From NCBI RefSeq assembly GCF_009914755.1, contig NC_060941.1: 64,000 nt of DNA; one strand, 5' to 3'. The notes below the pieces were generated by a model. It was not told the DNA's origin and did not search any database. It saw only the letters and a list, made by a program, of their open reading frames with translations. Below, in pieces: positions 27,450-40,930 of the stretch; the stretch's first letter is position 1; every line of letters starts with the position of its first letter. The position numbers were made by a program, and so were the translations under genes. This DNA comes from the human T2T-CHM13v2.0 reference genome, Homo sapiens.

Positions 27450-29250
27450 CTCCAAATTAACCCATCAATTCAATGCAATTCAAATCAAATTTCAAATATA
27501 GTCTTTCACTAAAATTAAGAAGCTAAGATTTGTATGAAAGAATAAAGAAACACAACCAGTAAAGCATTTAGAAAATGTGGGGGAGAGGACTTGCCTTTTC
27601 ATTTATTGAGATTTATCATAAAACCATATTAATAAAGTATGGTAATAACTTAGGAATAGATAAAACAGTGGGTTACAATAGAGATCTCCAAAACAGACAA
27701 ACCCACACATGAAATGTGATAAAAGGTGGAGGTGGTACAGCAAATTGCTGAGGAAACAATAAACTATTCAATAAGCAGCACACCCAAAAAAGGCTATTTC
27801 TAAAGAAGAAAATGAAATTAGTTCTCTACTCCACACCATCCAAAAAGTTAAATTACAATTGAATAGATAAGCAAAATATGAAAATCTAAACTATACAACT
27901 TTTAGAAAGAAATGCAAGAGAATATCATTATGACTTCAGATAGGGCAAGGATTTCTTAACAGTGAAAAATAACACACACCATGAAAGGATACATTTTTAT
28001 GTTTGATTCAATGTAAATTAAAATCTTTTCATAAGATAATGGGCAAAAAATATAATGTGAACAAATTTATGGTGTTTACAGATTGGGCTAATTTATATTG
28101 TTTATAGATTGCCTATCTCATAGAACTATTAGGATTAAATGAGTTTCTGCCTTTTAAGAGCATGTAACGACATCATGGATACTATAGCTGCTATTATTAT
28201 TACCACTCCGACTTACTATCACATTTGCCAGCTTCATTTAGGCTTCTAAGCATGCTTTAGAGGAAAAAAGTCATATAATGGAAATAGGGATATTACAAAT
28301 TCAGGGGACCCAAAATATTATAATAATATTAAAATTTGTATAATAATAGTAAACCCAATAGTTCAACCTACATGGCTGACAAAGATATAGTGTCCAGGAA
28401 ATATATTTTTTAATTCTACAAATTAATAAAAATAGAAACAATCTAAAAAATAGACATTTAATAGAAGAGGAAACCTATTGACAAATAAACATATGAATCA
28501 GATAATAATGTTGCTTTCATGCAGGAGAATGGAAATGAAAACAAACAAAGGTGATGTAACGTTTCACACTCAAAAGAATGACAAAAATTAAAAATTGGAA
28601 ATTCTAAATGGACAAGAATATGGGAAAACGTAAACTCTAATGTCTTGCTAATTGAAGTACATAAATGTATAAAACTATTTGAAGAACAATTTGGCAACAT
28701 CTATTAAGACTAAAGCTGCCTAATCCCTGAGACTCAGTAATTGTACTAAAAAACTCTAGAGCAGATTCACGTGGAGATAAAAGAATATTCATGGCAGTGT
28801 TGCCTGTTAAAGCAAAAAAAAAGGTGAAAAGACCTAAATATGCATCAATGGAAGATTTGATAAATTGTGCTATATCCACAGAACACTTTAAAGCGGTTGA
28901 AATGAATGAACCAGACCTTGATGTAGCAAGCAGATCAAATCCTGTATAGCGTGGAACAAAGAAACCAATTTGTGGGAGGATATATACAAGACGGCGTTCT
29001 TGCACCTATTTTAAATTTATACACAACAGTAGAATCTATTGTTTGTGGAGATTTACATACACGAGAAGAAGAATGGCATTCTGGTGAAGGAGGGATGGGA
29101 AATGATACAGGAGAGAAGTACAACGGTGACCTCAACTTTATAACATTTTATTTCTTAAAAGTAATAACATGAAACAAATGTGACAAAATGTTGACACTTG
29201 TTAAATTTGAGTATTTGGTGTATTTGTGCTTGTTATGTTACTCTTTTTTA
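27450..29250 (+). mobile_element. Ancient L1ME ORF2 3'/3'UTR fragments with embedded MIR
   Basis: Degenerate sense L1 motifs (aattcaatgcaatt, tttagaaagaaatgcaagagaatatc, gaagaacaatttggcaacatcta). Confidence 0.6.
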
Positions 29251-29942
29251 GAAATAAATATATTACTTTCCATTTTTTCCTGAAGATGTCAATCTAATAC
29301 TCATATCTCTATAAAATTTTAAATGCCTTCTAGCACCTCTTTTTTGTCTACGTCTCATTCCTTCTCTATCCTCATTAGGATGCAATATTCATGTGGCTGC
29401 CAAGTGAGTCAAGAAAGTTGGGAAAAAAAATCAACAAATGTTAATGTGTCTCTGAAAAAACTTGCAGTGATGTTGTGCTAGCACGCACTTTCCACAAAAG
29501 ACCGATTATTGTTAAGTACTTTAATCATAATGTAAATGTATAGGCATGCTACTAAACAAAGGTTAAAGGAATACATGCACGTAAATACACATTAGCACCT
29601 TCTTTTACAATGCTTTAACTCTTCTTGGATTGTGTTTTATCTAACTATGGTGTTCTCGCTCTCATAAATGTAAAACCAGGACTGTTCTGTTTTGTTTTGT
29701 TTGTTCAGTTTTAGGTCACGGGTTTGTTTGATTTTGTGCAGGTTTGTTATATAAGGTAAATTGCATGCCACAGGGTTTTGGTGTACAGAGTATTTCATCC
29801 TTCCACCTTCCACTCTCAAGTAGGCCTGGTGTCTGTTGTTCCCTTCTTTGTGTCCATGTGTGATCAATGTTTAGCTTCCACTTATAAGTGAGAACATGAG
29901 GTATTTGGTTTTCTGTTCCCGTGTTAATTTGTTTAGAATTAT

Positions 29943-30200
29943 TGGGAGGCCGAGGCAGGTGGATCACAAGGTCAGGCATTCGAGACCAGCCTGACCAACA
30001 TGATGAAACCCCGTCTCTACTAAAAATACAAAAATTAGCCAGGCGTGGTGGTGCGTGCCTGTAATCCCAGCTACTCAGGAGGCTGAGGCAGGATAATCAC
30101 TTGAACCCGGGAGGCAGAGGTTGCAGTGAGTCAAGATCATGCCACTGCACTGCACTCCAGCCTGGGTAATAGAGTGAGACTCTGTCTCAAAAAAAAAAAA
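29943..30200 (+). mobile_element. AluSg-like, 5'-truncated
   Basis: Begins tgggaggccgaggc; poly-A tail; TSD aattat. Confidence 0.93.
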
Positions 30201-31440
30201 ATTATGGTCTCCAGCTCCATCCATGTTGCTGTGAAGGACACGATCTTGTTCTGTTTTATGGCTGTGTAGTATTCCATGGTGTATATGTACCACTTTTTTT
30301 TTATCCAGTCTACCAGTGATGGGCATTTAGGTTGAATCCATGACGTTGCTATTGTGAATAGTGCTGCTATGAACATACAAATGCTTGTGTCTTTATGATA
30401 GAACAATGTATATTCCTTTCAGTATATACCCAGTAATGGGATTGCTGGGTCAAATGGTACTTCTGCTTTAAATTATTTGAGAAATTACCACACTGCTTTC
30501 CACAACGGCAGAATTAATTTACACTCCTACCAGCAGTGTATAAGTGTTGCCTCTTCTCTGCAACCTCACCAGCATCTGTTATTTTTTGACTTTTTAATCA
30601 CAGCCATTCTGACTGGTGTGAGATGGTATCTCATTGTGGTTTTGCATTTCTATAATGATTACTCATGTTGAGCATTTTTTTATATGCTTGTTGGCTGCAT
30701 GTATATCTTCTTTTGAAAAGCATCTGTTCATGTCCTTTGGCTCACTTTTTAATGGGGTTGTTTTTTGTTTGTAAATTTTTTTAAGTTCCTTATAGATGCT
30801 GGATATTAGAAGCATAGTTGGCAAATATTTTCTCTCATTCTGTATGTAGGCTGTCTGTTTACTCTGCAGAAAGTTTCTTTTTGCTGTGCAGAAGCTCTTT
30901 AATTAAATCCCATTTGTCAATTTTTGTTTTTGCTGCAATTGCTTTTGGCATCTTTGTCGTTAAATCTTTGCTAGGGCCTATGTGCAGAATAGTATTTCCT
31001 ATGTTATCTTCCAGCGTTTTTATAGTTTTAGGTTTTACATTTCAGTCTTTAATCCATCTTGAGTTGATTTTTGTACATGGTGTAAGGAAGGGCTCCAGTT
31101 TCAGTCTTCTGCATATGACTAGCCAGTTATCCCAGCACCATTTATTGAATAGGGAGTCCTTTTCCTATTGCTTGTTTTTGTCAGTTTTGTCATGGGTCAG
31201 GTGGTTGGAGGTATACCACCTTATTTCTGGACTCTATTCTATTCCATTGGTCCATGTGTTTGTTTTCGTACCAGTACCATGCTGTTTTGGTTACTGTAGA
31301 CTTGCAGCATAGTTTGAAGTCAGTTATCATGATACCTCCAACTATTAATATGTTCTTTTTACTTAAGATTACCTTGGCTATTCAGGGTCTTTTTTGGTTC
31401 CATATTAATCTAAACCCTGGTTAGTTTTCTTCCTAAGTAT

Positions 31441-31760
31441 TTATTCTTTTATTTTCTTTGTTTGTTTGTTTGAATGTTTGAGGCAGAGTCTTGCTCTGTG
31501 GCCCACACTTAAGTTCAGTGGCACAATCTTGGCTCACTGCAAACTCCACCTCCTGGGTTCAAGCAATTCTCGTGCTTCAGCATCCTGAGTAGCTGGGATT
31601 ACAGGCACACACCACTAGGCCTGGCTAATATTTGCATTTTTAGTAGAGACAGGGTTTCCCCATGTTGGCCAGGTGGTCTTGGACTCCTGACCTCAAGTGA
31701 CCCGCCTGCCTTAGCCTCCCAAAGTGCTGGGATTACAGGTGTGAGTCACCATGCTCAGCT
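31441..31760 (-). mobile_element. AluS (Sx/Sz)
   Basis: Antisense full-length; TSD gtatttattcttt. Confidence 0.93.
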
Positions 31761-32720
31761 GGTATTTATTCTTTTTGTAGCTATTGTGAATGGTATTCAT
31801 TCTTGATTTGGCTCTCAGCTTGAATGTTTTTGGTGTAGAGGACTGCTACTCACCTTGGTGCATTGATTTTGTATCCTGAAACTTTGTTTTTCAGATAAGG
31901 GAGCTTTTGGGTAGAGACTATGGGATTTTCCAGGTATACAATCACATCATCTGCAAACAGAGATAAAATGACTTCCTCTCTTCCTATTTGGATGCCTTTC
32001 ATTTCTTTCTCTTGCCTGAGCACTCTGGCTAGGACTTTCAGTACTATGTTGAACAGGAGTGGAGAGAGAGGGCATCCTTGTCTTGTTCTGGTTCTCAAGG
32101 GGAATGCTTTCAGCTTTTGCCCATTCAGTATGTTGGCTGGGGGTTTGTATCGATGGCTCTTATTATTTTGAGGTACATTTCTTTCATATCTAATTTTTTG
32201 AAGGTTTTTAACATGAAGGGATGTTGACTTTTATTAAAAGCCTTTTTTTCGTGCATCTATTGAGATGATTGTGTGGTTTTCGTTTTTAGTTCTGTTGATG
32301 TGATGAATCACATTTATTGAATCGTGTGTGTTGAACCAAATTTGCATCCCAGAGATAAAGCCGACTTGATTGTGATAGATTAGTTTCTTGCTGTGCTGCT
32401 GGACTCAGTTTGCTAATATTTTCTTGAAGAATGTTGTGTTGTGTTCATTAAGGATATTGGCCTGAAGTTTTTGTTGTTGTTGTTGTGTCCCTGCCAGGTT
32501 TTGGTATCAGAATGATGTTGGCCTCACAGAATGCGTTAGGAAGTAGTCTCTCCTCCTCCATTTTTTGGAATAGTTTCAGTCAGAATGGTACCAGCTATTC
32601 TTTATACATATGGTAGAATTCGGCTGTGCATCTCGCTGGTCCTGGGCTTCACTTTGGTTTGAAATGGTTACATTTTCTTGCTTTCTCTCATCCACCTCAC
32701 ATCCCTGCTGAGGAGCCGTC

Positions 32721-33203
<483 letters not shown>

Positions 33204-33892
33204 TTATGATTCATTCTCAATTTTCAAAAATCTCAATGACTCATTATTCCATATGGGTTCTTTGATTAACTGCTTTCAATTAAAAATTAACATCGCATTT
33301 AGAAAAAACTTCCAGAGCACAAAGTATATAGAACGGGAAGCAAGTCTGTCTTGTTTATAGATTTCCTTAGTCCCGTTCCTCAGAAATAACTACTGCTGCA
33401 ACCAACTTAGCCTTCCAGAAATATTTTTTCAGACAGTAGAATAAATACATGTTACCATCTATTGACAGTCAAACCTACATGCGTTATCAGCTTACTATAT
33501 GAATATATGTTATTGCTTTTAGTACTAATACCCATATCATCACCCATGTTTATACAAACAGGAATATAGTGTATATGCTGTACTACACCTTGATTATTTT
33601 GCTTAAATATTTGAAGAACTTCAAAGATATCAGTTCGTAAATATTAACCTCTTTTTTTTTGCATGGCCATATAGAGGTATAACAATTTATTTGCTGAGTG
33701 CCTTAATAATGGACCCACAGATGGTCTCCTACGTTTTGCTAAGAAAAGCAACGTGGCACTGAACATCCTAATATGTGCATGCTAAATTATGAGAAGTAGA
33801 ATTGCTGGGTCAGCAAGGGTGCCCATTTTAAATTTATATATGCTGCCAAATTGGTCTCCAAACTGGTCACAATTTACTGGCCATGTGAGAGA

Positions 33893-34983
33893 ATGACCTG
33901 TGCTTTTGGTGTCATATCTAAGAAATTATTGCTGAGACCGATGCCAAGAAGCATTTCCCCTATGTTTTCTTCTAGGAGTCTTATGGTTGCAGATTTTAAA
34001 TTGAAATGTTTAATATATTTTGAGTTGATTTGGGGGCATAGTAAAAGATAAGGGTCCAATTTCATTTTGAGGGTGAGGGGAGAGGATATCCAGTTTTCTC
34101 AACACTAGTTGTTGAAGAGGTTATCATTTCCATATTGTACCTTCTTGACATCCTTGTTGAAGATCAGTTGACTATATATGCATGGGTTTGTTTCTGGGAT
34201 AGCTATCCTGTTTCATTGGTCTATATGTCTATTTTTATGCTAGTAGCATACTGAGATTTATCTTTGGGATGCAAGGATTGTTCAATACACACAAATCAAT
34301 CAATGCTGCTATATCACATTAATGGAAGGACAAAAATCACAATTGTCTCAATAGATGCAGAAGCATTTGACAAAATTCAATATTCTTTCACAATAAAAAC
34401 TCTCAACAAATTAAGTAAAATTACATCTCATTGTAGATGACATATTATATGTAAAACCCTAAAAAAAAAAGCCACAAAAACACTGTTAGAAAAAATTCAG
34501 AAAATTTGTAGGGTGCAAAATCAACCTACAAAGATTAGTTGCATTTCTATATACTAAAAATGAACTATCCTGAAAGGAAATTAAGAAAACAATACCATTT
34601 ACAAATAGCACCAAAATTAATAAAATACTTAGGAATAAACCTAGCTAAGGAGGTGAAACACTTGTTCACCAAAAACTATAAAATGCTGAAGAAATCCAAT
34701 GCAATAGAAATAAATAGAAAGACATCCCGTGGTCTATTTACGGATTGGAAGAATTAATATTGTTAAATATCCACTACCAAAAACCATCTACAAATTCATT
34801 GCTATAAATGCAACATAATCCTGATCATAATCCCCAAGATATTGACGGGCATTTTTTTTAAACTCTAAAATTAATATGGAATCACGAAAGAGCTCCACAG
34901 ACTACAGCAATTTTGAAGAAAAGGAACAAAGCTGGAGGCATCACACTTCCTGACATCAATGTATATTACAAAGTTACAGTAAT
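33893..34983. mobile_element. L1MA/MB ORF2 with internal inversion (minus 33893-34253, plus 34252-34983)
   Basis: Orientation switch at ...agcatactg|agatttatc; the two pieces are adjacent in L1 coordinates. Confidence 0.8.
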
Positions 34984-35949
34984 GCATTCACCTTTACAGA
35001 ACAATTTTTCTGGAAATGTATTTTTTCATCCTTTTGTTTTTATTGACACTCTTCATTGTTTTTTGTCTATCATCTATTATATTAATTTATTCTATTTTTA
35101 CTATTTTATTTCCCCTGCTTTTTGGATGTAGTCTGGTTTTTGTTTTTTATTTTAATTTGGAGGCTTGAGTTACATGCTTTGCTCATCAACTTTCAATAAT
35201 ATCTTCTATGCATTGAAAGCTGTTTCCCTGTAAAGTACCATTTTAGCTGTATTTCTCAGGCTTAAATACATAGTGTCATCATTGTCATTCAGAGCTAAAC
35301 ACATTCTCTAATTTTATTTTTTTAAAGATTTCTTCTTTGACTCTTGAATTATTTATAAGGGTACTTTTAAGGCTCCAAATACATGAAACATTGCTTACCT
35401 TTGTTATTGTTCATTTCAATTTTTGTTAAATTGTAATCGAAAACTACATTTTATTATTTTTTGTTTTACACAGTTATCATTTAAAGTGATTAAAAATGAA
35501 AATGTTTGTTATAGTGGCCTTTATTTTTACATTTTCAACTTTCATTTCCTTATGAAGATCCAAATTTTCATCTATCATACTTCCTTTTACCTGAAGAACT
35601 TTCCTTACCATGTCTTGTTATATAACAAATTATCTTAGCTTTCGTTTGGAAAAAGATCTTTATTTCATCTTAATTTTTGAATGGTGTTTCTGCTAGGTAT
35701 AGCATTTTGAATTGATGTTGCTGTTTTATTTTCTTTTGGTAAAGATGTTTCTACTTTGTCATCTTGTTTCCATACTTTGATGAGAAGTCTGCTGGAATTT
35801 TCATCTTCATTCCTTTGTATTCTGCTCCACTTCCTCTGCCTACAAGATTTTCTTTCCATCATCAGCTTTCAAAAGTTCGACTATTATGTATCGGGCTATG
35901 TTTTTCTTTGTGCTAGATTTTTTTTGATAGTTTTTGGACCTATAATTTG

Positions 35950-36009
35950 CTTTCATTTATTTTAGAAATTCTCTTATTTCTTTCATTTATTTTAGAAAAT
36001 CTGTCATCT
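35950..36009. repeat. 30-bp tandem duplication
   Basis: ctttcatttattttagaaa at 35950 and 35980. Confidence 0.85.
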
Positions 36010-36235
36010 CTTCAAATATTTATTTTGCCACTTTCTCTGTCCCTTTTGGGATACCAATTATACATACACAGTATCACAGCATATCTGTTGGCTGGCAAAT
36101 TTTAGTGTTTACTTATATATGTACAGATCTAGTTCTTTGTGGCCATTATTTGTGAAAGCATTTGAGCCAGAGAATAAGCTGTTTTAACAGGCTGTTTAAT
36201 TTTTGCTCTCTTTTCTCATAAATAATTCTCCTAAC

Positions 36236-36734
36236 TGTAACTGCCAGCCTCCAAAATGGCCCTCACTCATTCTCACCTCCTGGCATTCTCACCACCTGGC
36301 ATTCATGTCACTGTGTAGTGCCCTCTTGCACTGAATAGTTAAATAGGATTGACATATAGAACCAATGGAAAATTGCAGAAAAGACAGTGTGACTTCTAAG
36401 GCAAAAGCTTTGCATCTTCTGTTTTGTTGTCTTGGATTACTTGCTCTTGGAGAATTCATATCACATGAGGAAAACCAAGCAGCTAAATGGAGAGGACCAC
36501 ATTGCAAGGAATTGAGGCCTGTGCCAACCACAAGCAAAGAACTAAGGCCTACTGCCTACAGGAGGTCCTGTCAAAGGTTTGACTGCACTTTACGACAGAT
36601 CATGATCCAAACCCCTCCAGCAAAGCTGTTTTAGATTCCTGACCCTCAGAAATGATGTGACATAGTAAGTGTTTATTGTCTTAATCTGCTAAATTCATGG
36701 ATAATTAATTATGCAGCAACAAATAACTAATGCA
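36236..36734 (+). mobile_element. MLT1F-like MaLR LTR
   Basis: gccagcctccaaaatggccc...gattcctgaccctcagaaa...tatgcagcaacaaataactaatgca. Confidence 0.8.
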
Positions 36735-36932
36735 GATTTCATTTTGTTCCAAGGAGATGCATGCTTCATGTTTGTAGGCTCTCTCCCTGGCTTTCCATGA
36801 AGCTCTATGTCTCAGAAGACTTGTCCTTTACTTTTCTTTAATTGATCAAACTTAATAGCTATGGGGAAGCTTTCTATTGTTATGAAGAGACTGTTCTGCT
36901 TCACAGTAGCAGAGAGGATTCAAGGAGGCCTA

Positions 36933-37351
36933 TAATATGGTTTGGATACTTGTCCCCTCCAAATTACCTGTTGAAATGTAATCCCCAATGTTGGAGGTGG
37001 AGCCTGGTGGGAGGGGTTTGGGGCATGGGCCAGATCCTTCATGAATTCCTTGGTGTCCTCCTCATGGTAATGAATGAGTTTTCACTCTTTTAGTTCACCT
37101 GAGAGCTGGTTGTTTAAAGAGTCTGGCACCCCTGCTCTCTCTTTTGCTCCCTCTCTTGTCATGCGATGCACCTGCTCTCCCTTCACTTTCTGCCATGAGT
37201 TAAAGCTTCCTGAGGCCTCACCAGAAGCCAAGCAGATGCTGGCACCATGCTTGTACAGCCTGCAGAACCATGCGCCAAATAAAACTCTTTTCTTTATAAA
37301 TTACCCAGCTGCAGGTATTTCTTCACAGCAACACAAAAATGGACTAACACA
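36933..37351 (+). mobile_element. MSTB solo LTR
   Basis: tatggtttggata...gaagccaagcagatgctggcaccatgcttgtacagcctgcagaacc...ggactaacaca. Confidence 0.9.
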
Positions 37352-38799
37352 TCCTCTATTCATCTTGTACTCCTCAATCTTGACATTTTCAGCAAGAAAT
37401 AATTCTGTGCTCTGTCCTCTAGTTCTGGGGCCTCTGACACTTATTCTCTCAGTATACTTAATACCACAACATTTTCAGCTAATACTTAAGAGTGGTGTTA
37501 TTGCTAGGTCCCCATTCTTTCCACATGTTTGAGAAGGTAAAATCCTTGTACTCTACAGAACTGTTTTAGAGAAGTCCCCTAGAGAAGAGGAGCAAGACGA
37601 TTGTCGTAGTGTGCTTTATTATGTTCTCATAATAAAAATTAAAATTACTATTTAATGCTTACCATTTATCAGTGTAAGAATTAACTTTACAAGGACTGAG
37701 TTGACTGAGAGATTGTGAAAAGTTGTGCTGATGAAGTTGGGGGTCTGGCCCAATTGTCAGGAAAAGGAAATAGATGATTAGCAAATACTGAGTTATTGAA
37801 GGAAACATGGAGGAAGTTGTAGAAAGGAATAATGCTAGCATTTTTAGTTTTGTTTTGGGGTGTGTGTGTGTGTGTGTTGATTTATCTTTTTCAAGAGAGG
37901 GTGTGCTTGTAATTGGACTATAAAGGTATTTCAGGGTATGTGATGTGTCATTTTCCTCACAATCCACTTGTGCAAGGTGCATGTTGCATGGGCAGGCCTC
38001 CATGGCTTACCAGAACCAAAAAGGCCTAAATCAGAGCAGAAAGACTGAGATTTATGTGAGGCTGCACACCTACTACCACTTTGTTTCCTGCTGATGATCA
38101 TAGCTGGCATGGTAGGTCTCTAGAGGTTAGTATCAGCTCTACCCCTTCAGTGTGAACTTTAAATCTGCTTAATTGTTAACCTTCCCATCAACTCTTGATT
38201 GAGTATGGGTTTCACCTTTTTACACAATGAAACTTAAAGGGATAACATAACTCCTTTGAGCTACAGGCTGGTAAGTGTTGGAACTCATGTATAAACTCTA
38301 GATTTTTTATTCTGAAAACCACAAATTTTCCACTGTGTTACCTATGATTTAAGTAGCACTGATTTATATTCTTCCATGCTGTATTTTTAAGTAGCACGCA
38401 TTTCCTGGCAAGTTCAGAGCCAGCTTTCTCCTCCTTGAGGGACACTTCTTTAAGTAGAAACTAAATGATGTGCAATAAATATAGTTGCTCTTGCCATGGA
38501 CTCCTCACAGATGAAAGCTCTTCTCTGACCCATGAATGTGACCCTGACGGATCATGCTGCCTGTCCTCAGGCCAAAGCTGGGCTGTGAATTGCTCTCTAA
38601 AATTCACTCACAGCCACAGCCCTTGTCTAACAGAAGCACACTGCCTGCTTTGAAATTAAGTGCAGCTGCGCTGTGTCCTGCATATGGACTAATTAGCTCA
38701 GTCATGTAAGCTTATTGCTCAAAAAGGCCAAGTGCAGGGATTCAATACCTGGGAAGGCCCATCTGCACCAAGAAGAAAATTGGCCCCTACATTTTAGAA

Positions 38800-38995
38800 C
38801 AGTGCTTCTCCAAATGCGGTCCCTAGACCAGCAGCATCAGCATCAGCACCACCTGGGAACTTGTCAGAAATTTAGATTCTTAGGCTCCAACTCAGATCTG
38901 CTCATCAGAAATTCTGGGGGTTGGGACCCCGCAAATCTGAGTGTTAATAAGCCTGCCCTGTGAGTCTGATACATGCTCAAGTTGGAGGACCACTG
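38800..38995. mobile_element. MER5A
   Basis: cagtgcttctccaaa...gaccagcagcatcagc...gaccactg terminal inverted repeats. Confidence 0.88.
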
Positions 38996-40703
38996 GCTTT
39001 GAGTATATTTGTAATCGCATTAGAATATTCAGAAGGGACAAAGAGGTGTAGTTGGTTATTTTTATCCCTTCTCTATTACAGAAAAAATGTCACACACAAT
39101 CATTCAGTCTTCTCATAAAACATCATTCCTGCACGTACTGCTTTAAATTTTTAAAAATTAGCGCTTACTGATCCAAAGAAAAACAAATCAACTCATACTA
39201 ATAGGGAGACCATTTTAGCCCAACATTGACTTTTTGAAAGCTGAGTAGCTTTATATGGACATAAAATCATTCCAGAATGGAAAACTACTGCCTCAACTTA
39301 TTACAAAAATTGCTAGAAGGTTACCTTAATTTAGAGGGAAAGAGAACTTGTCACCAGTTGCCTTCTAGAGCACGGACTTAGATATAAGCACAGGTGGAAG
39401 GCGTGAGTCTGGGGACTTCCTTTATGGTAGGTACCCTGACTACATCAAGACTAGTAGATTCAGCACCCAGTCCTCTCTGGTTTATCAGCTTCCAGAGAGA
39501 GCCAGCCTGCGGGACACCCACATGATTCCGATTCCCCCATTTGGAAGAGACAAAGGAAGAGCAGTCCGCCTGGTTCTTGTCACTGGTGGAGCTGACAGCT
39601 TTATATGCTCAATGGAGGGAGGAGCTGAAAGGAGGTGCCATGAGAGTGCATCTATGTGACAGGGAGGAAAGATGGATATTTTTATAGAGGAAGAAATGCA
39701 GTGAACAAGGGAAATTAGATGGAAAGACCATAAAGGTCTCAGGTTGGCAAAACCAATTAGTAGATGTTTACAAAAGATAACCCCTGAGGTCACATAGAAT
39801 TTGCTTTGATGTCGATACTCTTGAGTTTGAAAAATGGATCAGCAACCTCCACACCATTGTGACCGGAAAGAGACCCAAGGCTTCCTTCTGCTGGAGCCTC
39901 CAGCCAGCTGTGCGCCTTTGGGCAGGTTTCATAAAGTCTCAGACATCCCTTTCCTCTTCTGTTAAAGGAGAGGATTGTATAAGATCACTCTTAAAGTCTC
40001 TTGCAGCTCTGACATGTCAGGATGTCCTCTTTAACTTCTAGACATGTGGGAGGGGGTGCATTTCAGGGCTCTATAGTTCATAATGTGGCTCCTGAGGATT
40101 TTCTGGGCAGTCTATGAACTTCTGTTACCTACTTGGAGAGAAAGAGCTTCTCATCTCTTTTACTTTGAGTTTATCTTAGCCATTTGGAAACAGGAGTCAT
40201 TTAAATCGAAATGAGAGCAAACTCCGGGATATGTCCTTTGAGAATTTCCCAGGTGTCTGGTGAGCTTTGCCTTAATGCGAACCCACCGGTTCAAAAGACA
40301 AAACCAGAAACTATGGTACTAGGTCCAAATAGGCCAAGTATATAATTTCTTTTTGAAATTTTGACTGTGCTTTCTTGGATGCTCTTGCTAAAAGTATCAT
40401 AGGGAAAAATGTCAGGACATCCAGGGAGATAAAAAGGGATTCTGGAGAAAGAGAAGCGTAGGGAATTGTTATCTCACCTCCCTCTGGAAAAAGGTGGAGT
40501 CCAAGTAAGTAAAAAGAGGGAAAGTCAACTTGCCCAAACTCAAAAATGGAGCTAGGGCCTGACCCTAAGTCTTATTATTGTGACTGTTTATTCTATTATT
40601 AAAATTAACACCTCCCCTTGATTGGACTCCTGTCATGTCCCAGCCACTATGCCAGTCTGTGGTATTTCAATGAATGCTGTCAACAATTGTGGAGGGATAT
40701 TCT

Positions 40704-40930
40704 CAGTGCTGCTAAATGTTTAACAACCAGCTCTTCATATATATTTATATAGAAATATGTAAAGAGAAAAAAGCCCTGCCTTGCAGCTTTTGCCAATTTT
40801 AATGGTGTAAATACTCCCACCATGGCCAATTTCAAGCTGCCAACATTACATCGCTGAACACAGAGTTGGGAAAAAGATATGTACCGCTGGCTGTCACAGG
40901 CAGGTGAAGGCTGGCTTCAGCACCGCCCTG
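40704..40930 (-). mobile_element. MER63 (hAT-Blackjack)
   Basis: ggtgtaaatactcccaccatggccaatttcaagctgccaac...gagttgggaa. Confidence 0.8.

Larger units (their letters stand above)
29685..32660 (-). mobile_element. L1PA13-16-like element (3'UTR plus ORF2 RT region) with two Alu insertions and an internal deletion near 31410
   Basis: ORF 31850-32098(-) gives the L1 RT motif [15 protein letters not shown]...LFADD; ORF 30137-30406(-) gives the ORF2 C-terminus. Confidence 0.92.

Noticed and set aside
31850-32098. ORF with reverse-transcriptase motifs (QGCPLSP, FADD)
   Set aside because: Fragment of a dead, truncated L1PA ORF2 disrupted by stops, deletions and Alus.
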